From NCBI GenBank assembly GCA_949457475.1, contig CASUON010000001.1, positions 1-36,538 on the forward strand: DNA of 36,538 bases, in the 5' to 3' direction. The translations under genes were made by a program, and so were the position numbers. The notes beneath the pieces were generated by a model. It was not told the DNA's origin. It saw only the letters and a list, made by a program, of their open reading frames with translations, and made no database searches. Shown here piece by piece: positions 6,903-18,525 of the stretch. This DNA is from an uncultured Lachnospiraceae bacterium. GTDB taxonomy: Bacteria; Bacillota; Clostridia; Lachnospirales; Lachnospiraceae. Positions within the stretch are counted from its first letter, which is position 1; every line of letters starts with the position of its first letter.

Positions 6903-7403
6903 ATGGCGAAAAAGCAAAACCAACAGGAAAAGTATATGAAAGCAGCGCTGCGCGAAGCAAAAAAAGCAGGCCTTATAGATGAAGTGCCCATTGGATGCGT
7001 GATTGTACAAGATGAAAAGATTATTGCCAGGGGGTATAACCGCCGAAACAAAGATAAAAATACATTGGCGCATGCGGAACTTAACGCGATTAAAAAAGCA
7101 AGCAAAAAAACGGGCGATTGGAGGCTTGAGGACTGTACGATGTATATTACATTGGAACCGTGCCAGATGTGCGCGGGGGCTATTGTACAGGCCAGGATCA
7201 AGGAAGTCGTAATCGGTGCGATGAACCCGAAGGCCGGGTGCGCGGGCTCTGTATTAAACCTGCTGCAAATGCCGCAATTCAACCACCAGGTGCAGATTAC
7301 AAAAGGGGTATTAGAAGAAGAATGCGCGGCAATGCTAACGCAGTTTTTTGCCCGGCTGCGGGAAAAAAAGAGGCAGGAAAAAGAGATAGAAAAGTCCAGC
7401 TAA
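6903..7403 (+). CDS. tadA: tRNA adenosine(34) deaminase
   Basis: EVPIGCVIV, AHAE, WRLEDCTMYITLEPCQMCAGA, NPKAG, FNH motifs; RBS AGGAG. Confidence 0.95.
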   Translation: MAKKQNQQEKYMKAALREAKKAGLIDEVPIGCVIVQDEKIIARGYNRRNKDKNTLAHAELNAIKKASKKTGDWRLEDCTMYITLEPCQMCAGAIVQARIKEVVIGAMNPKAGCAGSVLNLLQMPQFNHQVQITKGVLEEECAAMLTQFFARLREKKRQEKEIEKSS

Positions 7404-7525
7404 TAATTGAATAAATATAAGTCAAAAAAAAGATACAATTTATGTCAGATTTATCATGTATTTTTCAGATAAAAATATCCTTATAATAAAATTATATATG
7501 GCAGTCTGGAGAGGGGGAAATTATA

Positions 7526-9436
7526 TTGAAGGCTGTATTTGGATATATATTAGGCTCTGCATCTGACCACACGTGGAAAACAAGGACAGAAAAAAATAGC
7601 AAGACAGTAAAAAAACGAACAGGGAAAATCTGTACCTATGGATTATTGGCAGCCGTTTTGTTTACAGCGGGATGTGGACAAAGCAATAGAGGCAGATATG
7701 GGGCAGCAAAAGGTATACAAGATGTGCGGGAGAATAATATAGAAACGACACAGCAAGAACAGATAGCGCAGGAGAAAAAGGGTATTGCAGAATATATGGA
7801 TGCGGATCTGTCTGAGATTCTTCCGGAAGAAACTGTTACGCTGAATGTTTATTCCCAGCTCAGCAGTTATCAGGGTGAACAGCAGGGATGGTTTGCACAA
7901 ATTTTATTGGATTTGTTCCATGTGAAGCTGAAATTTGTTTATGACGGCAGCGATGATTTTTACGAAAAACAGGCGGCAGATGGTGACCTAGGGGATATTG
8001 TAATCTGGGGGACAGATTCTGGTCAGTATCGTTCGGCAATGGCAGATGGATTGTTATTCGACTGGGAAACGGATGATTGTTTAGATAATTATGGAACCTA
8101 TATGAAAACGCACATGGAAAAAGCGTTAGAGAAAAACAGGAAACATTCAGACGAACATATCTATGGATTTGGCTACGATGTGGCGTCAAAAAGCGGTGAA
8201 TTTGGGGATTTTGATTATCATCCGGATATCCGCTGGGATTTATATGAACAGATTGGAAAACCTGCGGTAAAAGAGCTGGAAGATTATGTGGGTGTTTTAA
8301 AGCAGATGAAAGAAATCTGCCCGGTTTCGGATTCCGGGAAAGAGACTTACGGAGTGTCATTATTTAACGATTGGGACGGCGATATGATGATGTTTGCCAA
8401 GTCCACTTGCGCCAATTTTTTCGGACAGGATGAATTTGGAGTTGGGTTTTATGATGTAAGAACAGGGCAGTTTGAAGGCTGTCTGCAGGATGGAGGAAGT
8501 TATCTGCGGGTGCTGCGTTTTTATAATGCGTTGTATCGGGAGGGACTGTTAGATCCGCAGTCGCAGACGCAGGGGTATGAAGGCTGTATCGAAGATTACC
8601 GGGATGGAGCGGCATTTTTTTGTATCTTTGGATGGCTTGCGGCGCCAGAGTATAATTCCGTCAATCATACGGCTGATGGGAAAATAATGCTGCCGCTTGC
8701 GGCGCAAAATCAAAATACATTGGTGTATGGATTAAACGAATACGGAGGAAACCGTCTGTGGACAATCGGCGCAAAGACGAAATACCCACAGCTTGTTATG
8801 GCTGTCATGAACTGGTTGTGCACTCCGCAGGGAAAGCTGACGATGGAGTATGGGCCAAAAGGGGTTGGATGGGATTATGATATGGATAAAAATATCTGTC
8901 TTTTGGAACCGGGATACCGCGCAAAAACTGGCGAAGAGGTTGCGATGCCGAAAGATTCTGGCTTTTCCGGCATCTGGCAGGATGGGATTCCACAGTTTAA
9001 TAATACAACATGGACGGTCAATACGTTAAATTCAGAGTCCAATGGACAGACCTACCAGTATACATATTGGCCAAATGTCGCAGGGATGAATATCAGTGAG
9101 GCACAGCGTCGGTGGCAGGATGAGACAGGCGCTTGTACGGCTAAAGAGTATCTGAGCGGATTTTCTTATTCTGTTTCAAAGCCAAATACTTATACGGCCA
9201 GTCCAAAATCGTCAGACTTAGGCGAAATATGGGGAAACGTATCGCGGATTATACGTGACGGATCCTGGGATGTGATTTTCGCTCAGACGGAAAACGAGTG
9301 CGAAAAAAAGATTGCCCAGATGTGTGCAGAAGCAGACAGAGCCGGCTATCAGAAGTGTACGGCATGGTGTGAAAAAGAAGCTAGGCTGCGGAGAGCATCA
9401 GAAGAATACCAGGAGGATGGCTATGGAAACGAATAA
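7526..9436 (+). CDS. Oligosaccharide solute-binding lipoprotein (LplA-like), chemoreceptor-associated
   Basis: Lipobox LFTAGC; motifs [32 protein letters not shown]. Overlaps the MCP start by 14 bp. The TTG start is uncertain. Confidence 0.85.
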   Translation: MKAVFGYILGSASDHTWKTRTEKNSKTVKKRTGKICTYGLLAAVLFTAGCGQSNRGRYGAAKGIQDVRENNIETTQQEQIAQEKKGIAEYMDADLSEILPEETVTLNVYSQLSSYQGEQQGWFAQILLDLFHVKLKFVYDGSDDFYEKQAADGDLGDIVIWGTDSGQYRSAMADGLLFDWETDDCLDNYGTYMKTHMEKALEKNRKHSDEHIYGFGYDVASKSGEFGDFDYHPDIRWDLYEQIGKPAVKELEDYVGVLKQMKEICPVSDSGKETYGVSLFNDWDGDMMMFAKSTCANFFGQDEFGVGFYDVRTGQFEGCLQDGGSYLRVLRFYNALYREGLLDPQSQTQGYEGCIEDYRDGAAFFCIFGWLAAPEYNSVNHTADGKIMLPLAAQNQNTLVYGLNEYGGNRLWTIGAKTKYPQLVMAVMNWLCTPQGKLTMEYGPKGVGWDYDMDKNICLLEPGYRAKTGEEVAMPKDSGFSGIWQDGIPQFNNTTWTVNTLNSESNGQTYQYTYWPNVAGMNISEAQRRWQDETGACTAKEYLSGFSYSVSKPNTYTASPKSSDLGEIWGNVSRIIRDGSWDVIFAQTENECEKKIAQMCAEADRAGYQKCTAWCEKEARLRRASEEYQEDGYGNE

Positions 9437-11159
9437 AAGAAGTTCAGGGATAAAAATCGGCATTGCGGCAAAGCTTATTGGAATGTCTGTGCTGCCGGTT
9501 GTCCTGCTGGGCGTGATCCTGACGGCTTATGGACAGGTAAATTTGAAAAAAAGCCTAAAAAATGAGATACATGGGGGATTAAAAAGCGTTGCGTTGGCTG
9601 TCCAGGGGGCTTATGACGCTGCCGGAAATGGAGATTTCATCATGCTGGAATCTGGAAACGTAATTAAAGGGATGTTTGTAGTCAGCGGAAATTATAGCTT
9701 AGCGGATAAGCTGAGCAAAGACTCAGGTATTGACATTTCCCTCTATTATGGAAACAAAATGGTAGTGACTTCCTTAACAGATGGTAACAAAAACAGGCTG
9801 ACAGAAGGAACAGTCAGCAAGGAAGTAAAAGAAACTGTATTAAATGGAGGAAAAGAGTTTTTTGCGGAAGATGTGCAGATTGGTTCAGATCATTATTATA
9901 GCTATTATATGCCGTTATTTTCAGAAGACGGTTCTGTAGATGGAATGATTTTTGCCGGAAAAAAGAGCCAGCAGGTGGAAAAAACTCTTGCGGCGGATGC
10001 CGTAAAAATGATTATGCTCAGCGCAGTGGTTATTTTGGCGGCGTTTCTTCTGACCGTTGCGATGTCGGTGTCAATCGCGCGGGCGTTAAAACGTACGATG
10101 AGCCAGTTTGGGAAAGTGGCGGATGGTAATCTATCTGAACAGGGGACTGAGGATATTGGAAAACGGTGCGATGAAATTGGCGCGATGCTGCATGGCGTTG
10201 AAAAATTGCGTGGGTCCTTGCGGGGAATGATTGGAAGCATTCGGCATTCCTCTGGTGTGCTGCTGGAATCTGCGGATGAACTGGAACGGGCAGCGGCTTT
10301 GACGAGTGAAGATTCGGACAAGGTTGGCAGGGCAATTAGCGATGTATCCGCTGGAGCGGCCGCACAGGCGAAAGAGACGGAAGAGGCTATGGCGGATGTC
10401 GAAAATATGGGCGGCATCATTGGCGAGATGACTGAGAATATTTCAGCAGTTGCCCAGATTACATGTGAAGTAGGGCAGGCGGGCAATGAGGTAAACAGCA
10501 TTTTGGCGGAACTTTTAAAATACACAGAAAAGACTACAAATGCCGTGGACATCATTGCGCGGCAGATACAGACTACGAATGATTCTGCGCAGGAGATACA
10601 AAAAGCTGTCGAAATGATCACTTCGATTGCTGAGGAGACAAATCTGTTGTCGCTCAATGCTTCTATTGAAGCGGCGCGTGCGGGAGAACAGGGAAGAGGG
10701 TTTGCGATTGTGGCGACACAGATCCAGAAGCTCGCAGAGCAGTCTAGCACATCGGCGCAGCAGATCAAACAGATTATCCAGGTATTGCTCGATGATGCCG
10801 GGGCGACGGTGGACAAGATGGAACAGGTTGTGGGTATTGTTGGAAACCAGAAAGAAAAGCTGATGGAGACGGGTGGACGTTTTGAGACAGTAAACAGCGG
10901 GATTCAAAAGATGGTCGAGAAAATGGATGGCATTCGCAAGCTCTCTGGCATACTGGACAATTCCAGAAACCATATGGTGAATATGATTGCTTCTCTGTCT
11001 GCAATTTCAGAGGAAAATGCCGCAGCCAGCGAGGAGACAGCAGCGTCAACGGAGCAGTTAAATGAGAGGGTAAAACAGATTACAGAGGAGGCAGCCATCT
11101 TAAAGAAGCTGGCTGCAGAATTGGAGCGCCAGATTGGAATATTTCAGATGGAAGAATAA
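9423..11159 (+). CDS. Methyl-accepting chemotaxis protein (TM, Cache-like sensor, TM, HAMP, signalling domain)
   Basis: [30 protein letters not shown] hairpin-tip motif, two TM segments, HAMP (DEIGAM), methylation helix EENAAASEE. Start set at ATG 9423 after AGGAGG. Confidence 0.95.
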   Translation: METNKRSSGIKIGIAAKLIGMSVLPVVLLGVILTAYGQVNLKKSLKNEIHGGLKSVALAVQGAYDAAGNGDFIMLESGNVIKGMFVVSGNYSLADKLSKDSGIDISLYYGNKMVVTSLTDGNKNRLTEGTVSKEVKETVLNGGKEFFAEDVQIGSDHYYSYYMPLFSEDGSVDGMIFAGKKSQQVEKTLAADAVKMIMLSAVVILAAFLLTVAMSVSIARALKRTMSQFGKVADGNLSEQGTEDIGKRCDEIGAMLHGVEKLRGSLRGMIGSIRHSSGVLLESADELERAAALTSEDSDKVGRAISDVSAGAAAQAKETEEAMADVENMGGIIGEMTENISAVAQITCEVGQAGNEVNSILAELLKYTEKTTNAVDIIARQIQTTNDSAQEIQKAVEMITSIAEETNLLSLNASIEAARAGEQGRGFAIVATQIQKLAEQSSTSAQQIKQIIQVLLDDAGATVDKMEQVVGIVGNQKEKLMETGGRFETVNSGIQKMVEKMDGIRKLSGILDNSRNHMVNMIASLSAISEENAAASEETAASTEQLNERVKQITEEAAILKKLAAELERQIGIFQMEE

Positions 11160-11196
11160 AAGAAGAAATTGATATGAAGATGAAAAATAATTGCGG

Positions 11197-11230
11197 CGGG
11201 CCGGGAAGATTTACCTTCCCGGCCCGATTT
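11197..11230 (+). terminator. Stem-loop terminator after the SBP-MCP operon
   Basis: Perfect 12-bp stem CGGGCCGGGAAG / CTTCCCGGCCCG, short ATTT tail. Confidence 0.8.
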
Positions 11231-11525
11231 GTATAAAGTTCAGAAAATCTTCTGACACAACTTTTGCATTTAAATCTAAAAGTCCAAAATCAAGAGCCTT
11301 ATAGTTCTATAAATCTTCTGATGCTGGAAATGTAGTACGTTAAAACATTCATGTGAAAAAACAATCGTAATAATTGAATTATTTATATTGTAAAAATCAG
11401 ATATTTATGAATAGGTGCTGGTCTGAGTAAAAATTTTAGTGCAAAATGCGTGTAAAAAGCAAGGTATTAAAAAAACATCTTTATTTTGTATAATATTTTT
11501 ATAATAAAACGAGGAGGTTGAAAGG

Positions 11526-12461
11526 ATGAAAAAGAAAAAAAAAGAAACCGTGGCAAAAGAAAAATTTTCTTTGAGTCTCATGTGGAAACAGAGATATCTT
11601 TTGCTCATGTCGGTGCCTTTCGTGGTCTGGTTGATTATCTTCAAGTACATCCCGCTGTGGGGCTGGACCATGGCGTTTCAGGAGGTAAAGCCGGGCACGT
11701 TTGCGTTGCCGATATGGGAAAGGAAATTTGTCGGGTTTGGTAACTTTGTGAAAGCGTTTACAGACCGGCTATTTCCGCAGACGATGATCAATACGATTGC
11801 AATCAGTATTCTTGGTATCGCCATTGGAACAATATCATCGATTTTGTTTGCATTGATCTTAAATGAACTGTGTTTTACAAGGCTTAAGAAAATTACACAG
11901 ACAGTTTCTTATCTTCCGCACTTTGTATCATGGGTAATTATTGCAAGTATCGCGAAAATGCTTTTTAATGATGGCGGCGCCATTGATACAATGTTAAATA
12001 CGAAGCTTCATCTGATGTCTAACAATTCATGGATTTTTTGGATCGTTGTCTGCCTGATTAACGTCTGGAAAGAGATGGGCTGGGACGCGATCATTTATCT
12101 CTCCGCGATGGCAGGAATCGACCAGGGGCTTTATGAAGCGGCAAAAGTGGATGGCGCAAACCGTTTTCAAAGAATCTTGCACGTGACCCTTCCAAGCATC
12201 AAGCCTACGATTATTGTCCTTTTGATCATGAGCATCGGATCCGCTCTGAATGTAGGCATGGAACGCCAAATGCTTTTGAGCAACAGCGTGGTGCAGGATC
12301 ACGCGATGGTACTTTCTTGGTTTGCTTATGTCCGTGGTATTGGTAATAATAACTACGGACTTGGCACGGCAATCGGCGTTTTCCAGTCTGTAGTCGGCGT
12401 CATTCTGTTGTTTATCGCAAATAAAGTTGCCGGGCTGATCGGTGAAGATAAGCTTGTGTAG
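11526..12461 (+). CDS. Carbohydrate ABC transporter permease (LplB-like)
   Basis: SYLPHFVSWVI and EAA motif LYEAAKVDGANRFQRI; multiple TM segments; RBS GAGGAGG. Confidence 0.95.
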   Translation: MKKKKKETVAKEKFSLSLMWKQRYLLLMSVPFVVWLIIFKYIPLWGWTMAFQEVKPGTFALPIWERKFVGFGNFVKAFTDRLFPQTMINTIAISILGIAIGTISSILFALILNELCFTRLKKITQTVSYLPHFVSWVIIASIAKMLFNDGGAIDTMLNTKLHLMSNNSWIFWIVVCLINVWKEMGWDAIIYLSAMAGIDQGLYEAAKVDGANRFQRILHVTLPSIKPTIIVLLIMSIGSALNVGMERQMLLSNSVVQDHAMVLSWFAYVRGIGNNNYGLGTAIGVFQSVVGVILLFIANKVAGLIGEDKLV

Positions 12462-12472
12462 GAGGCGGAAAA

Positions 12473-13363
12473 ATGGAGAAAAATGATTTTAAAGAGATAA
12501 AATCAAATAGTGAAAAATGGTTTGACTATGTGCTGCTGGTATTTTGCCTGATCTTGATTGTGATAACGGTATATCCATTTTTGAATGTACTTGCAATTTC
12601 GCTCAACGATTCTATGGATACGATGAGAAACGTGAATTTTATCATTCCAAGAAAATTTACACTTAGCAATTACACGTACATATTCAAAGAAAATGATCTT
12701 GGCGCGGCGTTTATGATGTCTGTTGTAAAAACAATCGTAGGGGTTGTGTTTGGCGTGATCTGTACGGCGATGCTCGCCTATGTGCTCAGCAGGAAAGATT
12801 TTTATTTTAGGAAACCCTTTACCATTTTATTTGTCATTACTATGTATGTCAGCGGCGGACTACTTCCGGAATATCTGCTTTTGACCAGGACATTAAATAT
12901 GGGAAACAGCTTCTGGGTTTATATCATCCCGGGGCTGATCTGGGTTTACAATGTTATTTTGATGCGTTCTTTTATCGAAGGATTGCCAATTGCGCTGCAA
13001 GAAGCGGCGAAGCTGGACGGAGCCAATGATTTTGTAATCTGGCTTAAGGTCATTATGCCACTATGTACGCCGTCTATTGCGACAGTTGCCCTGTTTCTTG
13101 CTGTGGGGCAGTGGAACAGCTTTATGGATACCTACCTGTATGCGAGAGAACTTCCAACGCTGCAGTATGTACTGTACCAGATTATGGAACAGGCGACGAT
13201 TCAGATTGACCCGCATCAGACGTCACAGCTTACGAATGCGGTATCGCCAATGTCCGTACGTATGGCGATCACGATTGTCGCAACCGTGCCGATCCTAGTG
13301 GTATATCCGTTCCTGCAAAAATATTTTGTTGGAGGCATGACGCTTGGGGCAGTCAAAGACTGA
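12473..13363 (+). CDS. Carbohydrate ABC transporter permease (LplC-like)
   Basis: LQEAAKLDGAND, AVGQWNS, VYPFLQKYFVGGMTLGAVK. Confidence 0.95.
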   Translation: MEKNDFKEIKSNSEKWFDYVLLVFCLILIVITVYPFLNVLAISLNDSMDTMRNVNFIIPRKFTLSNYTYIFKENDLGAAFMMSVVKTIVGVVFGVICTAMLAYVLSRKDFYFRKPFTILFVITMYVSGGLLPEYLLLTRTLNMGNSFWVYIIPGLIWVYNVILMRSFIEGLPIALQEAAKLDGANDFVIWLKVIMPLCTPSIATVALFLAVGQWNSFMDTYLYARELPTLQYVLYQIMEQATIQIDPHQTSQLTNAVSPMSVRMAITIVATVPILVVYPFLQKYFVGGMTLGAVKD

Positions 13364-13410
13364 TAACGTGAAAAAGCAATTATAAAATAATATAAAGCAA
13401 GGAGAATCAT

Positions 13411-15072
13411 ATGAAAGCAAAAAAAATATATTCCATAATACTTACGGCGGTTTTGGCTGTAGGAATGATGGCAGGATGTGGGAAGGAAGCTTCTGACAAC
13501 AAAGGAAGCAAAAGCGAGGAAAGCGGCGTGACAGAATTGACGTTCTACAACGCAGACCTGCAAGAGGATGACCCGTGGACAGATCCGGTGGCAGAAGCCT
13601 TAACGAAAGCGACTGGCGTAAAGCTGAAAACGGATCATCCGGTGGGGGAAGATAAGCAGAAGATTTCCCTTATGATCGCGGAGCAGAAATTCCCGGATAT
13701 CATCTATGCGAAGGGGGATGCCGGAAGCCTGATTGACGCCGGTGTATTGATTGATATGACAGATTTAATCGAACAGTATGGCCCCAATATTAAAAAAATG
13801 TATGGCGATGAGTTTGATAAACTGAAATATTCAAAAGACGACCCTTCGATCTATCAGTTATGCTCTTATGATATGGGCGGCACGAAGTTTGAAGACGCGG
13901 GCACGGCGCAGGTACAGTTCAACGTGCTGAAAGAAAACGATTATCAAATTCCAAAGAGCCTGGAAGAATTTGAGAAGATGATCAAAGATTATCTGGCGGC
14001 GCATCCAAAGACGGAGGACGGCATGGACAACATCGGCTTTAGTCTTTCTGCTTCTGACTGGCACTGGATGATTACGTTAGGAAACCCGGCAGGATATATC
14101 GCAGAGGGCGCGCCGGATAACGGGCAGTGGCTGGTTGATGAAAACGGCAATGCAAAGTTTAAATTTACATCAGAAAAGGTACGGGAATATTTCAAATGGA
14201 TGAACCGGATGTACAATCAAGGGATTTTGGATTCTGAATTTGCAACGCAGACGCATGATGATTATATCGCAAAGATTGCATCTGGCCGCGTACTGGCTCT
14301 TTTTGACACAATGTGGGATTACCAGGATGGGGAAAAAATCTTAAAACAGGATGGCAAGCTGGGACAAACTTACTGCGGGCTTCCACTTGGCATGGATGAA
14401 AACGTAAAGGTTCCGACGATGATGTATCAGGGGCTTGCGACCGGACAGGGAGTTGGCATTACGACAGCGTGCGAGAATCCGGAAGCGGCGATTAAATTTC
14501 TGGATTATCTTTGCTCGGATGAAGGCCAAGTATTGGTTAATTGGGGAATCAAAGATGTAAACTATAAGGTTGATGAGAACGGGCGCCGTTATCGCGAACA
14601 GGAAGAAATTGATGCATCAGCGAATGATAAAAATTATGCGAAGACGACAGGGGTTAGTTTCCACAGCTATCCGTTCCCGCGTTACGGTGTAGGTATGATG
14701 GATTCCACGGGAAATTCTTACCGGACAGACAGCAAAGAGGATGTCCTCGCGAAATACAATGAGGAACAAAAAGCAGCATGTAAGGCATGGGATGTTGAAC
14801 TTTTGCTTGACATTTTCCCACAGCAGGATGAATTTGAAACGCCGGATTTTCCACCTCTTTGGGCATTATCCAAGCCGGTAGAATTCGACGAGATTGGAAA
14901 CAAACTGGATGAAATCTCTCAGTCCCAGCTGGTTGCCTGCGTGACGGCAAAAGAAAGCGATTTTGATGCAACTTATGACAAAATGTTGAAAGAACTGGTG
15001 GATTCCGGCATGAACGATGCAGCGGATATGTTGACGGACATCATCAAGGATAAGATAGAAGTGTTAAAATAA
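13411..15072 (+). CDS. Carbohydrate ABC transporter solute-binding lipoprotein
   Basis: Signal peptide with lipobox MMAGC; third gene of the permease operon; 553 aa LplA-like. Confidence 0.92.
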   Translation: MKAKKIYSIILTAVLAVGMMAGCGKEASDNKGSKSEESGVTELTFYNADLQEDDPWTDPVAEALTKATGVKLKTDHPVGEDKQKISLMIAEQKFPDIIYAKGDAGSLIDAGVLIDMTDLIEQYGPNIKKMYGDEFDKLKYSKDDPSIYQLCSYDMGGTKFEDAGTAQVQFNVLKENDYQIPKSLEEFEKMIKDYLAAHPKTEDGMDNIGFSLSASDWHWMITLGNPAGYIAEGAPDNGQWLVDENGNAKFKFTSEKVREYFKWMNRMYNQGILDSEFATQTHDDYIAKIASGRVLALFDTMWDYQDGEKILKQDGKLGQTYCGLPLGMDENVKVPTMMYQGLATGQGVGITTACENPEAAIKFLDYLCSDEGQVLVNWGIKDVNYKVDENGRRYREQEEIDASANDKNYAKTTGVSFHSYPFPRYGVGMMDSTGNSYRTDSKEDVLAKYNEEQKAACKAWDVELLLDIFPQQDEFETPDFPPLWALSKPVEFDEIGNKLDEISQSQLVACVTAKESDFDATYDKMLKELVDSGMNDAADMLTDIIKDKIEVLK

Positions 15073-15089
15073 GACGGACATAAGGAGCA

Positions 15090-15137
15090 AGAAATAAGGC
15101 TGCCATTCCGATATTGCCGGAATGCGGCCTTATTTCT
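15090..15137. terminator. Bidirectional terminator between convergent SBP and GH94 genes
   Basis: AGAAATAAGGC...CATTCCG / CGGAATG...GCCTTATTTCT long stem. Confidence 0.85.
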
Positions 15138-15160
15138 CTATTCACATAAAACAAGGAAAG

Positions 15161-17596
15161 TTAGCCCATCACAACAGTTACATGATATTCTTTTTTTGTT
15201 CCATCCGGGCAGATACAGTTGCCGGAAATAAGCTCTCCGTCAATTGCCATGGACTGTATGCCTTTTTCTATATGTCCTGGATTTGAAATCTCAATGTAAA
15301 TCTCTGCCCCGCGGTAGCGTCTTGTGATTTTCAAAGATTCCAGTTCAGCCGGTATACATGGGTCAATGTGCAGGCCGTCAAAATCTGGCTGTATGCCCAG
15401 GATATATTGCGAGACATTTACAAAAGTCCATGCTGCGGTTCCGGTCAGCCAGCTGTTTTTTGCTTCGCCATGCTTTGGCGCGTCTTTGCCGGCTATCATC
15501 TGGGAATAGACATATGGTTCTGTGCGGTGTATTTCGCTGATGTCCTCAATATATGCAGGACAGGTTTTACGGTAGATTTCAAATGCGCGGTTTCCGCGTC
15601 CAATACGCGTTTCTGCTATTGATACCCAGGGATTGTTATGGCAGAAAATACCTGCGTTTTCTTTATATCCGGGCGGGTAGGAAGAAATCTCGCCAAGCTC
15701 CACATAGTAATGGCTGTAAGCAGGCTGCTGAAGGACGATGCCATATTTTGTATCCAGACGTTCTTTTACAGAGTCCAGAGCTTTTTTTGCATGTCCCTCT
15801 TTGACGCCGATATCGGCAAAAACGCAGAATCCCTGTGGCTCGATATAAATCTGCCCTTCTTTGCATGTATGGGAGCCCACTTTGTTTCCATGGGCGTCAT
15901 AGGCGCGCAGGAACCAGCCCCCATCCCATCCGGAGTTTAAAACCGCCTGGTACATGGCATTGACAGCAGCATCGGCGCGTCCGGCTTCTTCTGTGTTTTG
16001 AACAAGACGCTGGATTGCGGCGTATTCACGCCCATATTTTACAAACATCCCTGCAATGAATATGGATTCCGCCACAGGCCCTTCGGATGGCCCGAATGTC
16101 TGGAAGGATTCGCCCGGCTCGGTGGAAAAACAGTTTAAGTTCAGACAGTCGTTCCAGTCGGCGCGCCCGATTAGTGGAAGTCCGTGTGGACCTAAATGGG
16201 CCAGTGTATAATCGAAGGAGCGTTTTAAATGTTCCAGAAGGGATTTTGCCTTTGTGGGATTGTTGTTAAAAGCCACCTGTTCTTCTAAGATGGTCAAATC
16301 TCCGGTTTCTTTGATATATGCGGCAGTTCCTGCAATCAGCCATAAAGGGTCGTCATTGAAGCCGCTGCCGATATCCGCATTTCCTTTTTTGGTCAGCGGC
16401 TGGTATTGATGATATGCACTGCCATCTTCAAATTGAGTGGCGGCGATATCTAATATGCGCTGTCTTGCACGCTCAGGAATCAGATGGACAAAACCCAAGA
16501 GATCCTGGCAGGAATCGCGAAATCCCATGCCGCGTCCGGTTCCGGATTCGAAATAAGAAGCGGAGCGCGACATATTAAAGGTAACCATGCACTGATACTG
16601 GTTCCAGATATTTACCATACGGTTTAGTTTTTCATCCGCACACTCGAGGGTAAATCCAGAAAGCAATAAGTTCCAGTATTTTGACAGGGATTTGAGTGCG
16701 GCTGCGATTTTTTCATCTGTATTAAGCCTGGAGATGGCAGAGAGTGCAGGAGCTTTATTGATCACATTTGGAGTTTCCCATTTTTTATCGGATGGATTTT
16801 CGGCGTACCCTAACAGAAAGATCAGGCTTTTCGTTTCGCCCGGAGCAAGCGTGAGCTTTAAGAAGTGGGAACCGATCACTGCGCCGCCGCTTGCAATGGA
16901 CTGGAAAGAAGCAGATTCCCTAACTGCCTTTGGGTTTTCAATACTGCCATAATTGCCGAGAAATACATCCCTGTCTGTATCAAATCCACAGATGTCGGCA
17001 TTGACCGTATAGTATGCATAGTGGTTTCGCCGTTCTCTGTATTCCGTTTTGTGATAAATGGTAGAACCAACCACTTCCACTTCCCCAAGGCTTAAATTCC
17101 GCTGGAAATTTGTAGAATCATCGACAGCGTTCCAAAAGCAGAACTCGACAAAAGAGCTTAACGATAATGTCTGCGTTTCTGTTGTGTTGTTGCAAAGAGT
17201 CAGATGGTTGACTTCGCATGTTTCGCTCAAAGGAACAAAAGCGGTCAGTTCAGCATGGATCCCGTTTTTAGAAGAAAGATACCGGCTGTAACCAAGTCCA
17301 TGATGGCATTCGTAAGTATCTAAAGGAGTTTTTACTGGCTGCCATCCGGGCGTCCAGACAGTTCCATTGTGATTGATAAAATAATACCGTCCATTTGTAT
17401 CAGCGGGCACATTGTTATAGCGGTAACGGGTTAGCCGCAGAAGTTTTGCATCCTTATAAAAGCTGTAGCCGCCGCAAGTGTTGGAAATCAGGGAAAAAAA
17501 ATCTTCGTTTCCAAGGTAGTTGATCCATGGAAACGGCGTTTCCGGGGTGGTAATCACGTATTCCCTGTTTGTGTCATCATAGTATCCAAATTTCAT
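15161..17596 (-). CDS. cbp: GH94 cellobiose phosphorylase
   Basis: 811 aa; [22 protein letters not shown], catalytic [31 protein letters not shown]. Confidence 0.9.
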   Translation of the reverse strand: MKFGYYDDTNREYVITTPETPFPWINYLGNEDFFSLISNTCGGYSFYKDAKLLRLTRYRYNNVPADTNGRYYFINHNGTVWTPGWQPVKTPLDTYECHHGLGYSRYLSSKNGIHAELTAFVPLSETCEVNHLTLCNNTTETQTLSLSSFVEFCFWNAVDDSTNFQRNLSLGEVEVVGSTIYHKTEYRERRNHYAYYTVNADICGFDTDRDVFLGNYGSIENPKAVRESASFQSIASGGAVIGSHFLKLTLAPGETKSLIFLLGYAENPSDKKWETPNVINKAPALSAISRLNTDEKIAAALKSLSKYWNLLLSGFTLECADEKLNRMVNIWNQYQCMVTFNMSRSASYFESGTGRGMGFRDSCQDLLGFVHLIPERARQRILDIAATQFEDGSAYHQYQPLTKKGNADIGSGFNDDPLWLIAGTAAYIKETGDLTILEEQVAFNNNPTKAKSLLEHLKRSFDYTLAHLGPHGLPLIGRADWNDCLNLNCFSTEPGESFQTFGPSEGPVAESIFIAGMFVKYGREYAAIQRLVQNTEEAGRADAAVNAMYQAVLNSGWDGGWFLRAYDAHGNKVGSHTCKEGQIYIEPQGFCVFADIGVKEGHAKKALDSVKERLDTKYGIVLQQPAYSHYYVELGEISSYPPGYKENAGIFCHNNPWVSIAETRIGRGNRAFEIYRKTCPAYIEDISEIHRTEPYVYSQMIAGKDAPKHGEAKNSWLTGTAAWTFVNVSQYILGIQPDFDGLHIDPCIPAELESLKITRRYRGAEIYIEISNPGHIEKGIQSMAIDGELISGNCICPDGTKKEYHVTVVMG

Positions 17597-17629
17597 GTCT
17601 TTTTCCTTTCTTTTTTGGGTTTATATAGC

Positions 17630-18316
17630 CTAAAATTGGGAAATGCCCTGCATCATATCTGCGTGTTTTTTCAAAATGCTTTGCTTATCCTGCATGTCCG
17701 CACCTTTTTTCTCATAGGGCAGGAAAACCTTGTTCAATATAAAAGATTGGGCGTAGGCAACCAGCACAAATCCAACAGACAAAAATGCCGGAAGCGTTGT
17801 GCTAAGGGAAAGGAACAGAAAAAAGCACGCAATGCATCCATCAAGCAAAAGCAGGATAAGGGTGCTTTTCAGATTTCGAAGAGCCAGTCCCCAGGCATTT
17901 TTAATCGAACGGGTAGGCGTATTTACAAACCTGCCGACCAACGGGAAAGTGTAGTGGAAAATAGCCAGCCATATGATAGAAAGCGCGATAAGTAAACCGG
18001 TAATGCCGGCAGAAAGGGGAGTTTCCTTTATAGGCCAAAAGAGCAGGTTGAATAAGAGCATAATCCCGGTTATGAAAAGGGGAAGGAAAGCGAGTGTTCC
18101 ATTTTTAAAATTCCGTTTAAATTCACGGACATAGGTACGCACCAGATAACCGTACTCGCCTTTTGTTTCCTTGCCCATTACATAATAGAGGGATGAGAGG
18201 GCGCATCCAATGGTAAATACCGGTATACAGGTCATTACAAATATGATGTTTAGAACAAAGAAATTACATAAGGTGTTGATAAAATCAATTACAGGATTTA
18301 ATTTGCCATTACTCAT
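17630..18316 (-). CDS. YesL/DUF624-family membrane protein
   Basis: LNIIFVMTCIPVFTIG...FKRNFKNG pattern, several TM segments, sugar-locus context; RBS GAGGAGG. Confidence 0.85.
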   Translation of the reverse strand: MSNGKLNPVIDFINTLCNFFVLNIIFVMTCIPVFTIGCALSSLYYVMGKETKGEYGYLVRTYVREFKRNFKNGTLAFLPLFITGIMLLFNLLFWPIKETPLSAGITGLLIALSIIWLAIFHYTFPLVGRFVNTPTRSIKNAWGLALRNLKSTLILLLLDGCIACFFLFLSLSTTLPAFLSVGFVLVAYAQSFILNKVFLPYEKKGADMQDKQSILKKHADMMQGISQF

Positions 18317-18525
18317 ACAAAACCTCCTCGATAATAAGGTTGGCAGTTACAATATTTATTATAGCTGTTATGTACACATGACCGCTACAGATAAAAAACG
18401 TACAGAATTATGTAATAAATTAGACATTAAATAATTTGAATTTTTATTTTCCAATTTTCCAGTGTTTTTGGTATAATATACTCGGGTATAAAAAAGTGAT
18501 TTGATAAATTAATAGGAGTACATAT

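Noticed and set aside
6863-7282. 139-aa antisense ORF over tadA
   Set aside because: Fully overlaps a confidently identified conserved gene.
9312-9422. 37-aa N-terminal extension of the MCP from the ORF track
   Set aside because: Would overlap the SBP by 125 bp; AGGAGG is correctly spaced from ATG 9423.
9905-10816. 303-aa antisense ORF within the MCP gene
   Set aside because: Ser/Ala/Ile-rich mirror of the MCP coiled-coil codons; no RBS or motif.
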